This document shows positions 26,825 through 37,995 of a DNA stretch of 64,000 nucleotides, piece after piece; position 1 is the first letter of the stretch; each line of letters starts with the position of its first letter. The stretch comes from Eledone cirrhosa. Lineage: Eukaryota. The notes below the pieces were generated by a model. It had not been told where the DNA came from. It was given only the letters and a program-made list of their open reading frames with translations, and did not search any database. The DNA is taken from NCBI GenBank assembly GCA_964016885.1, contig OZ024741.1:392708001-392772000 (forward strand), given 5' to 3'. Made by a program: the position numbers and the translations under genes.

Positions 26825-27062
26825 CATATATACATATACATATACATATACATATATATATATACATATACATATATATATACATATATATACATATATA
26901 TATACATATATATACATATATATATACATATACATATATATATACATAGATATATATATACATAAAGTACCAGTAATGCACTGGGTAATTGCTGGCCTTG
27001 TGCCTAAAGTAGAAACAGATATATATATACATATACATATACATATATATACATATACACAT

Positions 27063-27109
<47 letters not shown>

Positions 27110-27144
27110 CATATATACATATACATACATATATATATATATAC
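26075..27144. repeat. Long compound (TA)n/(TACA)n tract with a SINE B 3' fragment at 26964-27018
   Basis: Direct reading of the sequence. Confidence 0.95.
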
Positions 27145-27392
27145 AAGATATTAACAAATGGAAACTATATTTATAAAACCATATTTATTTCATTATACAT
27201 ATTTCAAGGGCCACCAAAGCAGATTATGGTGCGCTTCCATCAGATAAAATATAATATAGATTAGTTTTATAAATATTGACATCTCTGAAAAAATGCAATC
27301 TTCACGGTTGGAGTCTTCTTGATCGGAGTGCTTTATATCAGTTATAAAAATATTTTGCTTCTTGTATCCCAACAAATGAAATATAACCTCTC
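27145..27392 (-). mobile_element. Short hammerhead-bearing element, family B (degenerate core CUGAUGG at 27189-27248)
   Basis: Homologous to 36385-36665 and 19405-19510, and flanked by (TA)n on both sides. Confidence 0.65.
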
Positions 27393-27436
27393 TCTATATA
27401 TATATATGTATATACATATATATATATATATGTATA

Positions 27437-27955
27437 TGTTTGGACGGAGGTTTGGACGGGGGTAGTCCCACTTGAGGCAAGAGTGATTGTCTTGCTCGCA
27501 TAGGACTGTCTGGCAGGTTTTCTACAGTCGGATGCCCTTCCTAACACCAACCACATTTACAGTGTGGGTCTGGGAGGTTTTTACCGTGTTGCCTACACGG
27601 CCACATTACAGCGTGGACTGTGTGTTTTTTTGTCGTGACTCCTACACGATCTCATTTGTTTCGGCCTCGATGGCGCGGCACCAACATAACTTTACATAGA
27701 ACGGGGTGGTGTGGATGGGGTGGGGGTGGTGGGGGTGGGACGGGGTGTATTTTGTTAGAGATGCCTACTGGCTGGAGTAGGTTTTACTATATATTTAGGT
27801 AAGGCAGGTCTTCTCTGTTACTGAGTACCGCCAAAGGTCTCGGTCCAGTGACATTGTCTTGGAGAGGTGTAAGTGTGTGATGTCGGAGTTTATCAGCTCG
27901 TCCCAGGTTTTTCTAGGTCTGCCTATTCCGTGACTACCGTCTATCTTTATTGCCC
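27437..27955 (-). mobile_element. RTE LINE 3' end
   Basis: [18 protein letters not shown] plus 3'UTR. The 5' end abuts (TA)n. Confidence 0.9.
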
Positions 27956-28054
27956 TATATATACATATACATATATATATACATATATATATATACATAT
28001 ATTCATATACATATATATATATATACATATATATATATACATATATTCATATAC

Positions 28055-28129
<75 letters not shown>

Positions 28130-28158
28130 TTCATATACATATATATATACATATACAT

Positions 28159-28190
<32 letters not shown>

Positions 28191-28198
28191 TCATATAC

Positions 28199-28250
<52 letters not shown>

Positions 28251-28254
28251 ATAC

Positions 28255-28289
<35 letters not shown>

Positions 28290-28391
28290 CATATATATAT
28301 ACATATATATATACATATACATATATATACATATACATATATATATACATATATATATACATATACATATATATACATATACATAACATAC

Positions 28392-28652
28392 ATATGTACG
28401 TATGGGTTATATCAAACATTGACAATAATGTTCGATTCATTTGTAAACAAACTGCCCGATTAGAAGCTGTGTCGTACCAGTGACCGATCGTCACCTGTTT
28501 GTTGAACACTGGCTTTGAGGAACAATCAACATGTTTCTGGGTCATCACCCTTCATCAGGACTGTATATCTCTCTGCCATTGTGTTGAATGGTTGAAAATA
28601 TATAGTATTTTCTAATGTATACTTCGGCTGAGTGCGCTTCATTTGCATACCG
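28392..28652 (-). mobile_element. Short hammerhead-bearing element, family A, apparently complete (about 260 bp), inside (TA)n
   Basis: (TA)n on both sides, with homologs at 1662, 2498 and 32328. Confidence 0.75.
28522..28564 (-). ncRNA. Minimal type I hammerhead ribozyme motif
   Basis: 43 nt identical to 1720-1762. Confidence 0.8.
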
Positions 28653-28781
28653 ATATACATATATATATACAAATACATATATATACAGATATATATATAT
28701 ATAAATATACATACATATAAATATATATATACACAAATACATATATATATATACAGATATATATATATATATATACATACA

Positions 28782-29031
<250 letters not shown>

Positions 29032-29102
29032 CACACAAATACATATACAGATATATATGTATACATATATATATATATATATACACATAAATATATACAT
29101 AA

Positions 29103-31868
29103 CGCATGGTGACTAAACCGGCAACCCACGAAGCTTGCTAGGTGAGGAGGGTGATTTTGGACACCCTGGGGGATGAAAAACAACCTGACAAGGGGTGGAA
29201 GAACTCATAAAAGTCAAAGTCCATCCAATAGTTTGTAAATATGTATATCTACGTAGGTATGGGTGTGTGTGGGAATGATTGCACATGTGTCTGTGTGTCT
29301 GTGTGTGTGTATATGTGAAGGGTCAAATACCATTTTGTGCCTGAACAAAGTTAGATCATGCAGGCTCTCCCAAGCCACCAGCCTGGAGAAATATACCAGG
29401 AAGGAAATATAATGAAATATACCAGGAAGGAAAACCTCTCAGAAACATGGAAAAACCAACTAGAGGGTGCTTGGAAGTCCTATTAAGAATGCCTCCACCT
29501 ATGGGCTAAATAGAAGCTGTCACTAGCTTAAAACTGGCCTGTGCAGGCTTGGTGACGTGCCTTGTATCCAGCTATCGAAAAAAACGGACTAGTCATTGAT
29601 TTGCACCAGGGTTCAAGCCCCTGCTTTAGCTGATTTTCTTGAAACTCACACCTCACCCTCTGAGGCTAATGACAGATCAGTCTTCAACCTGGACTCATCT
29701 AGGCAGACTGTTCTCGATAGAGCAGAAGGCAAATCAAAACCTCTCCTAAAGTATAAACATCCCACTCGCTTTAGCACATTCAATGTCAATACCCTTGGTC
29801 CTCTTGGAAGACTTAATGAGCTAGTAATGAGTGCTAAATCCAATGCTATTGACATCATCAGTCTTCAAGGGCATAGATATTTCCATCCAGATCTAGACCT
29901 AAAGTTTACAAAATCTGACAATCTCCAATAACGCCACCATTGGTGAAGTCAGTATGCTTCTCTCATCAAAGGCATGCAAGAACCTCAACATCGAAAAGAT
30001 AGACGATAGAATAATGGTTGCCGAGTTCAATTCAAATCCCAAACTCACATTTATATCTTGCTATAGCCCAACAAATAGCAGTGATGAAGAAACTGCTGCC
30101 AGTTTCCAACAGTCCCTGAGATCAGTCATTAAAAACGTCTCTGCCCATAATTTCCTAACTATTGCAGGCGACTTCAATGCCAAACTAGGCCCTGACAATG
30201 TAAAATTCACCTTCAACACCGAAACAAAGTGACATGGTGAAATGTTTCTCCAACTCCTTGATGGATTTGAACTCTTCTCGATTACAAATAGCTTCATGGA
30301 AAAACAATCCAAGCTCTGGTCATTCACCTACCCTAACTGTAGTGGAGCTCAGTTGGATTATATCCTATTTCAGAAAAAATGGCGAAACCGAGTTCAGAAA
30401 AAATGGCGAAACCGAGTTCACGACTCTGAAACATTCCTTCTTCTCCAACGTGGGATCTGATCATAGGATTGTCTCTTCCAAAGTTACTCTTAACCTTCGT
30501 GCTCCTAAGAAAGTCCCTGCTGAGCTTATGAAATAAATTGACTGGAGGTTATTGTCACCAAATAAGGAGCTCTCCAGTCGGTATGCAATTAGTGTCTACA
30601 ATAGGTTCTCTGAACTATCCAGTACTGATGATTGCATTGAGACTAAATACTCCAACCTAATTGTTGCAAATGAGGAAGTTGTTCTTTCCAACTTACGAAA
30701 AAGACCAAAAGGAAGCTCATAAAATTAAGCTCACATATCTTAGTATCCTCAGCGTGTAAAAAATTGCAAAGTCTTTTTTCTCAGTACAACTCAAATCCAA
30801 CTAGTTTGCTGAAAAGCGAAATGACCTTATGCAAAATAGACCTTGATGAGGCGTACACAACTGCTCTTGCAGAGTATCTAGAAGGAAAAATAAACAAATT
30901 GCAGACACTTCATACAAACAAACAACATGCAGCCGCATGGGCTTTAATCAATGAAATAACTGGCAGAAAGGAGAAGCCTTCACCCATCATCAAAAAGGCT
31001 CTCAAGAAGCTAGGAAAAAGAGCTGGACTGACTACTTCAAGGGTCTACTGGGCGAACCCTCCCCTGTAGAAGGCAATCCCTAAAGTATGTGATATCACCT
31101 GAACTCGACAGCTCTACTGGACCTTTCACCTTGAGTGAGATCAACCAGGTCATCAAAACACTTGAAAAGAAAAAAAATCACCTGGTCTCGACAACATACC
31201 CAGTATAATTTGGAAAGACCCAAACCTTACTTCAGTCCTATTATCGATCTGCAACGACACCTTAAGCAACAAAACTCCTCCAACAAGTTGGCTAAAAGCA
31301 GGCATAGTTCCTGTCTCCAAAAATGGCAACCTCTCATCCTCCAAAATCTACTGAGGAATATCACTAATACCCATTGCTGCCAAGATCTTCAACAAGCTAA
31401 TCCTCAACCGTATAATTCTGTATGTTAATCCAATCCTTCGCATCAACCAAAACGGTTTTAGGCATGGTAGATCTACACTTGCACAGTTTTTGGCCTTGAG
31501 AAGAGTAGTGGAAGAGATGAGAAACTCCAACAAACAAATGGCTCTAGTTTTTATTGATTTTAGAAAATCTTTTGACAGCATAAACAGAGACATTCTGTTA
31601 AAAATTCTACCCTTGAATGGCATCCCAGCGAGACTTGTGGAAGCAATTAAGGCTCTGTATCTCAATAGAAGTGCCACTGTCATCACCATTGATGGCCCAA
31701 CAGAGTTCTTTGACATCTCAGCAGGAGTACTGCAGGGTGACACTCTTGTCCCATTCCTCTTCATTATTTCACTAGACTACACCCTGAGACTCTAAATTGA
31801 TAAAATCAATAACAAAGGTATAACCATCAAACCCTGCATGAGATCTAGGCACCCCTCTAAATATCTCA
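29103..31868 (+). mobile_element. Third LINE family (APE + RT, RTE-group-like), degenerate and 3'-truncated
   Basis: STFNVNTL, AGDFNAKLG, QLDYIL, SDHRIV, QNGFR, FIDFRKSFDSI and GVLQGDTLVPFLF. It breaks off before YADD. Confidence 0.85.
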
Positions 31869-32325
31869 CTGACCTTGACTTAACAGCTGTTTAAGTCTAT
31901 TGTCCCACCATATCATGAATAGGTTAGCTATGTCACCTGCAATGCTAACTCCAATGGCTGCTCCCTCCTCTTGGGCATATGTTTTTCCATTAAATTTGAA
32001 CATATGTTCCTTAAGGGTTAATTTTATACTGACCCCCACTGCATGTGCAATCATTTTCTTTAGTTCATCATGGTTTTCGGGGGTCCGTACGGCTCTGGTC
32101 CACCCGTTCCATCTATCTGTGTGGGTTTTCTTGGCCATTGAGGTAATGGTAGGTGGTCTGCCTCTTGCTGGTCTTGTAGGGCACAGGTTGCTAAGGTCAT
32201 ATGTATCTAGATAATCATTACTATAGGAAAGTTTAAGTAGGAGTCCCAGCTCACTGGTATCAATCCCACGGAATTCAACATTGCTCTCACTGATCATTTC
32301 TACGCATTTCTCCACACAACCTCAC
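31869..32325 (-). mobile_element. Penelope-like element RT fragment
   Basis: EHMFKFNGKTYAQEEGAAIGVSIAGDIANLFM resembles the PLE/TERT-type Y.Q..G..MG...S..IA motif. Confidence 0.7.
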
Positions 32326-32327
32326 TC

Positions 32328-32575
32328 GATATTCAAATTAGGCTGCTCAGCCGTTAATATGCATAAGGAAAGTATATACTTTCAGACGTTCAACCATCTG
32401 GCAGGAAGGTATACGATGCTGACGATAGCTAATAAGCTTGAAACTAGTACAGCGTTCCTTTGTCAGTGTTGAAAAAATGAGCAACGATGGTTGCTAGACA
32501 CTACGGCTTAATACGGGATGTTTGTTTACAAACACACCGAGCATTATAATAAATGTTCGGTGAATCCATACGTAC
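32328..32575 (+). mobile_element. Diverged family A hammerhead element
   Basis: Collinear with the reverse complement of 28392-28652 (CTCAGCCG, TTCAAC, TTTGTTTACAAA, AATGTT..ATACGTACATA). Confidence 0.7.
32413..32455 (+). ncRNA. Minimal type I hammerhead ribozyme motif
   Basis: ACGAUG-CUGACGA-U-AGCU aaua AGCU-U-GAAA-CUAG-U-A-CAGCGU, with palindromic loop CUAG and a GUA site. Confidence 0.8.
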
Positions 32576-32940
32576 ATATATATATGTGTGCATGTATGTA
32601 TATATATATACATACTACTGTATGTCTGTATACATATATGTATGTACGTATACATACTTATATTTACATATATATTTAAAGGGTCCATCGAGCTGCTGAT
32701 CATTGAGTCGAGTAGGATCGATACAGATCGAACCTTGAGCTGATCAGTGGCGAAAGGTGCGTCACCTACCAATAAATGTAATGAAGGAGTAACCAATCGT
32801 CCTTGTTATCCTTTCAACATATATATATATATATATATAGAAACTGCTAAATGTGTGGCCGCCTTCTTGTCTCTCTGCCTTTTCAGCCCCATGGATTATA
32901 TTCCTTTGTTAAATTTCGAATACCTGATGATGTCACCGGA

Positions 32941-33870
32941 TACTAGCTCCTTCTATTGTCCAGATGGTTCTATAGAAATAGTGGACACTTTCTGTTACCT
33001 GGGTGACAAAATCAGCAATGGTGGAGGGTGCTCTGAAAGTACAGTAGCCAGAGTCAGAATGGGATGGAAAAAGTTCAGAGAGCTTATACCGCTGTTGGCT
33101 ACAAAAGGTTTCTCTCTAAAAATGAAAGGCAGATTGTATGATGCCTGCATACGAACAACAATGTTACATGGCAGTGAGACATGGGCATTGTGTGCAGAGG
33201 ACCTGCGCAGACTGGAGAGGAACGAAGCTTGCATGCTCCGTTGGATGTGTAATAGTAATATACGTGAACGGCAAAGCATAAATGAACTAAGGGAGAAATT
33301 AGGAATAAGAGGGATCAGATGTTGTTTACTTGAGAGAAGACTACGTTGGTATGGTCACATGATGCGCTTGAAAGACAACAGCTGTATAAAAAAGTGCAGG
33401 GTGATCAAAATTGATGGAAGTTACTGTGTAGGTAGCACCAGAAAAACATGGGACGATTTGATAAATTCCGACCTTACACACTTGCACCTCTCTAAGACAA
33501 TGTCACTGGACCGAGATCTTTGGTGCCATGTGGTAATACAGAAGAGCCACCTTGCCTATGTACAAAGTGAAACGACCAGTCAGTAGGCACCTCTTAACCA
33601 TCCTCCCACTCCCACCAACACTGGCCTTTCTCTGTAAAGTTATGTTGCTACCACAACAGCCAGTCCAAACTAATGAGGTCGTGTGGGTGTCATGATAAAA
33701 AGACACACAGTTCACTCTGTAATGTGGCCATGTTGGTAACATGGTAAAAAGCTGCCAAATAGTCCTATATCAGCGAGACACGGTCAACCGACCAATCTTA
33801 CCTCAAGTGAGACAATTCCCATCTAACCCATGCTAGCATGGAAGATAGACGTTAAACGATGATGATGATG
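32941..33870 (+). mobile_element. RTE LINE 3' part
   Basis: DGSIEIVDTF.YLGD to the ORF end, then 3'UTR and (GAT)n. Confidence 0.9.
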
Positions 33871-33983
<113 letters not shown>

Positions 33984-34014
33984 TATATATATATATACAC
34001 ATATATATATATAT

Positions 34015-34094
<80 letters not shown>

Positions 34095-34097
34095 AGG

Positions 34098-34338
34098 CAC
34101 ATGGCTTAGTGGTTAGAGCATTGGCCTTGCAATCGAAAGGTTGTGAGTTCAATTCTCAGACCGGGTGATGTGTTGTTTCCTTGAGCAAGACACTTTATTT
34201 CACATTGCTCCAGTTTACTCAGCTGTAGAACTGTAAATGAGGTTGGTGTTAGGAAAGAAATCAAGCCAAAATCAGTTCCCGTCCCACCCTTGCAAGCAGG
34301 GAAAAGCGGACGTAAAATGAAATGATGATGAAATGATG
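34098..34338 (+). mobile_element. SINE family A, internally deleted
   Basis: Head, core and tail as at 22832. Confidence 0.85.
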
Positions 34339-34457
34339 ACATATACATATATACATATACATACATATATATATGCATATATATACATATATATGCATAT
34401 ACATACATATATATATATATGCATATATATAGATATACATATATATGCATATGGAGG

Positions 34458-34922
34458 CATGTGGCTTAGTGGTTAGAGCATTGGGCTTGCAATTGAAAGG
34501 TTGTAGTTCAATTCTCAGACCAGGTGATGTGTTGTTTCCTTGAGCAAGACACTTTATTTCACATTGCTCCAGTTTACTCAGCTGTACAAATGAGTCCCCA
34601 GTCCCTATCATTCCACTGCAAAGTGTTCGTGGAGGTGCCACGGAAAAAAAGCACCCAAATCACACTGTAAAGTTGACGTGTAGGCGACACGGAAAAAAGC
34701 ACCCAGCACTCACCGCTTTTTCCCTGCTTGCAAGGGTGGGACGGGAACTGATTTTGGCTTGATTTCTACAGCTGGATGCCCTTCCTAACACCTCATTGAC
34801 AGTGAGTGCTGGGTGCTTTTTTGCCGTGGCACCTCCACGACCACTTTGCAGTGGAATGATAGGGACTGGGGTCCCTATGAGATGATAGGGACTGGGGTCC
34901 CTATCATCTCATTTCTACAGCT
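34458..34922. mobile_element. SINE A (+, 34458-34713) fused to an inverted SINE A 3' part (-, 34714-34922)
   Basis: CATTCCACTGCAAAGT..GCACCCAGCACTCAC versus its reverse complement at 34800-34875. Confidence 0.8.
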
Positions 34923-35119
34923 CCTGGTTGTGTTGTTATTTCTCTAAGGAACTGGAATCATATATAGCAGTATATCTATAATTTATAATAAACGAAGTCA
35001 AATTTTACATATTTGACTTAATTATTTTACATAACTCTGGAGTAAACAAACCAACCTGTGTACTTCGTCGAGTACTCCAATCTACATACTGAGGTGTCGG
35101 TAAACAACCAACATATACT

Positions 35120-35159
<40 letters not shown>

Positions 35160-35160
<1 letters not shown>

Positions 35161-36065
35161 TAGAAACAGTAGACAGCTTCTGCTACCTAGGTGACCGAAT
35201 TAGCAGCGGAGGTGGGTGTTCGGAAAGTACAATAACTAGGGTAAGAACAGGATGGAAGAAGTTCAGGGAGCTACTGCCACTGTTAGCTGCAAAAGGCTTT
35301 TCCCTCAAAATGAAAAGCAGACTGTATGATGCATGTATACGAACAGCAATGTTACATGGTAGCGAGACCTGGGCGCTGTCTGTGGAAGACTAGATTAGAA
35401 AGAAACGAAGCCTGCATGTCCCAATGGATGTGTAATAGTAATATACGTGAACGGCAAAGCATAAATGAATTGAGAGAGAGACTGAGCATAAGAGGAACTA
35501 AATGCTGTGTGCAGGAGAGGCGGTTGTGTTGGTATGGACATGTGATGCGTATGAAGGATGACAGCTGCATAAAAAGGTGCAGAGCACTAGAAGTCGATGG
35601 AAACCGCGGAGTGGGGAGACCCAAGAAGACCTGGGATGAGGTGATAAAAGCCGACCTTACCCAATTACACCTCTCAAAGGCGATGACACATGACCGTGAC
35701 CTCTGGCATCATGCAGTAATACAGAAGACCTAACCCCCCACGGGTTCAAGCCGAAGCTGAAGCATATAGACAATATGCCCCCACACCCTCCCACTGCAAA
35801 GTGGTCGTGGAGGTGCCACGGCAAGAAAGCACCCAGCCCACACTGTAAAGTGGATGTGTAGGTGCCACGGAAAAAAAGCACCCAGCACTCACTGTAAATG
35901 AGGTTGGTGTTAGGAAGGGCATCCAGCTGTAGAAATGAAGCCAGAATTAGTTCCCGTATGAGCAAGACAAGGTCAGCCGACCGGACACTGCCCACAACAG
36001 GAAAATCTGTCTAACCCATGCTAGCGCGGAAGAACGGACGTAAAACGGTGATGATGATGATGATA
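35160..36065 (+). mobile_element. RTE subfamily 2, 3' part
   Basis: ETVDSFCYLGD to GRPKKTWDEVI, with a frameshift, 3'UTR and (GAT)n. Confidence 0.9.
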
Positions 36066-36279
36066 TACATCTATATATATATACATATGTAAATGTGGTT
36101 GGTGTTAGGAAGGGCATCCAGCAGTAGAAAACCTGCCAGATACAGCCCTATACGAGCAACACACAGTCACCTGATCAATCTTGCCTCAAGTGGGAAATTC
36201 CTGTCTAACCCATGCTAGCGTGCAAGATAGACGTTAAATGTGATGATGATGATGTATATAAATACAAATATATATATAT

Positions 36280-36313
<34 letters not shown>

Positions 36314-36384
36314 CATACATATATACATATATATATATATACATACATATATACATATAAACACATATATACATATTTATATAC

Positions 36385-36665
36385 AATGATATTAAATAAA
36401 TGGAAACTATATTCATAAAACCATATTTATTATATATATTTCAAGGGTACCAACATTTTGGTACGCTATCATCAGATAAAATACAAAATGTTTTATAAAT
36501 ATTTGACATAACCAAGGATAATATACCTTAACGGTTCAAGTTATCCCTGGATAATAAATTTAATATCATTGCATATTTACTCCAGAAATCTGTTGAGTGT
36601 TCTGAATTAGTTATAAACATTTATATTTGTTGTATGTCCAACAAATTAAATATCCCTTCTACTGA
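36385..36665 (-). mobile_element. Short hammerhead-bearing element, family B
   Basis: Homologous to 27145-27392 and next to (TA)n. Confidence 0.7.
36426..36480 (-). ncRNA. Minimal type I hammerhead ribozyme motif
   Basis: Reverse: UUUAU-CUGAUGA-U-AGcGUACCAA aaug UUGGUACcCU-U-GAAA-U-AUAU-A-U-A-AUAAA. Confidence 0.7.
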
Positions 36666-36840
36666 CATATAAATATATATAATATTAAGGATACTATTTA
36701 TAGTTATGTATATTTTAAACTTTTTATAGTTATGTATATTTTAAACTATAAACAGGGAAGGTCAGTAATTTATTACTACCTTATTACCAGTAAGATAAAT
36801 AGCTCAATGTAAGAACATCAGTTGTTCTACAGAGCAGTTA

Positions 36841-37463
36841 TATAGAATTCACAAGAATCAAAGCTATGTTCAAAGCATTTATTCACTTACAATTGTTTCA
36901 TCCAAACCTAGACTTGGATTCTTCGGAGCATTTTTCAATGCTTGTACATATAATTGACCTCCTTTCCAACGCAAGAGACATACAGATACATATATATTGA
37001 TGTACAGTGGAGTGACATATATTATACTATACTATATTTGTACAGCAATTCAAATTTAAAATCAAAATTAAAATTATAACACCTTGCCACACAATACTCG
37101 TATATAAATGAGACACACTTGCAAGCTCCATGTGTAACTAACGCATACACTATCTACTAGATCTGATTATCGAACTATCCTCTTGCATTATCTGTGTTAT
37201 CTGCCGCATGTATTTTAATTTTAATTTTTATTTTAAATTTGAATTGCTGTACAAATATAGTATAGTATAATATATGTCACTCCACTGTACATCAATATAT
37301 ATATATATATATATGTATCTGTATGTCTCTTGCGTTGGATAGGAGGTCAATTATATGTACAAGCATTGAAAAATGCTCCGAAGAATCCAAGTCTAGGTTT
37401 GGATGAAACAATTGTAAGTGAATAAATGCTTTGAACATAGCTTTGATTCTTGTGAATTCTATA
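36841..37463. repeat. Long inverted repeat (about 235-bp arms, about 140-bp spacer) with a hammerhead in each arm
   Basis: 36841-37075 is reverse-complementary to about 37217-37463, with few differences. Confidence 0.9.
37374..37420 (+). ncRNA. Hammerhead-like motif, U4C variant (mirror copy at 36884-36930, minus)
   Basis: UGCU-CCGAAGA-AUCCAA gucuaggu UUGGAU-GAAAC-AAUU-GU-A-AGUG, immediately followed by AATAAA. Confidence 0.6.
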
Positions 37464-37514
37464 AATATATATATATAGTTATTAGGATTGGTGCTGTGAA
37501 ATAGCGATGTATAC

Positions 37515-37870
37515 ATGAATGTATGTATAGTATATTTGGCAATATACTGTATGTTTAATTAAAAACATTTAGAAGACCATACGCTATCAGTTTTAAAGTA
37601 GTGACTATGTCACTTACTTCTTTTTGGCGAAAGAAGGGAGAGGAACTGACAGTCTGTTTCACGCTGGTTTCAATCTTTTTGAAGCTGGATTCTTATAGAA
37701 TTGCAGTAATAATCAGGAGCTGATTATACAGATTGCTGGTCCAGCTTGGTGCTCTGAAATAGTGATGTAAGAAGTGACATAGTCACTTCTTTAAAACTGA
37801 TAGTATTAGGTCTTCTAAATGTTTTTGATTAAACATGGTATATTGCCAAACATACTATACATACATTCAT
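37515..37870. repeat. Inverted repeat (about 100-bp arms, about 155-bp spacer)
   Basis: 37515-37615 versus 37772-37870, with several mismatches. Confidence 0.8.
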
Positions 37871-37995
37871 ATATATATATATCATCATCATCATCATTTA
37901 ACGTCCATCTTCCACGCTTGCATGGGTTTGGACAGGAATTTTCCCACTTGAGACAAGATTGGTTGACTTGCTCATACATATATATACATATAAAT

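Noticed and set aside
26005-27157. Long I/Y-rich ORFs (also at 19451, 22533, 27873, 28526, 33823, 56035, 60841, 62174 and 63631)
   Set aside because: Translations of stop-free (TA)n microsatellites, not genes.
29103-29590. HDV-like ribozyme in the LINE 5'UTR
   Set aside because: I could not assemble the nested double pseudoknot by eye. A descriptor search is needed.
32680-32940. Hammerhead candidates at 32686-32768 (long stem + GAAAG..GTC) and 32924 (CTGATGA)
   Set aside because: The first has a non-matching core (CCATCGA). The second is cut off by the RTE before any GAAA.
32747-33586. 279-aa ORF as a host gene
   Set aside because: Non-coding flank in frame with an RTE 3' fragment.
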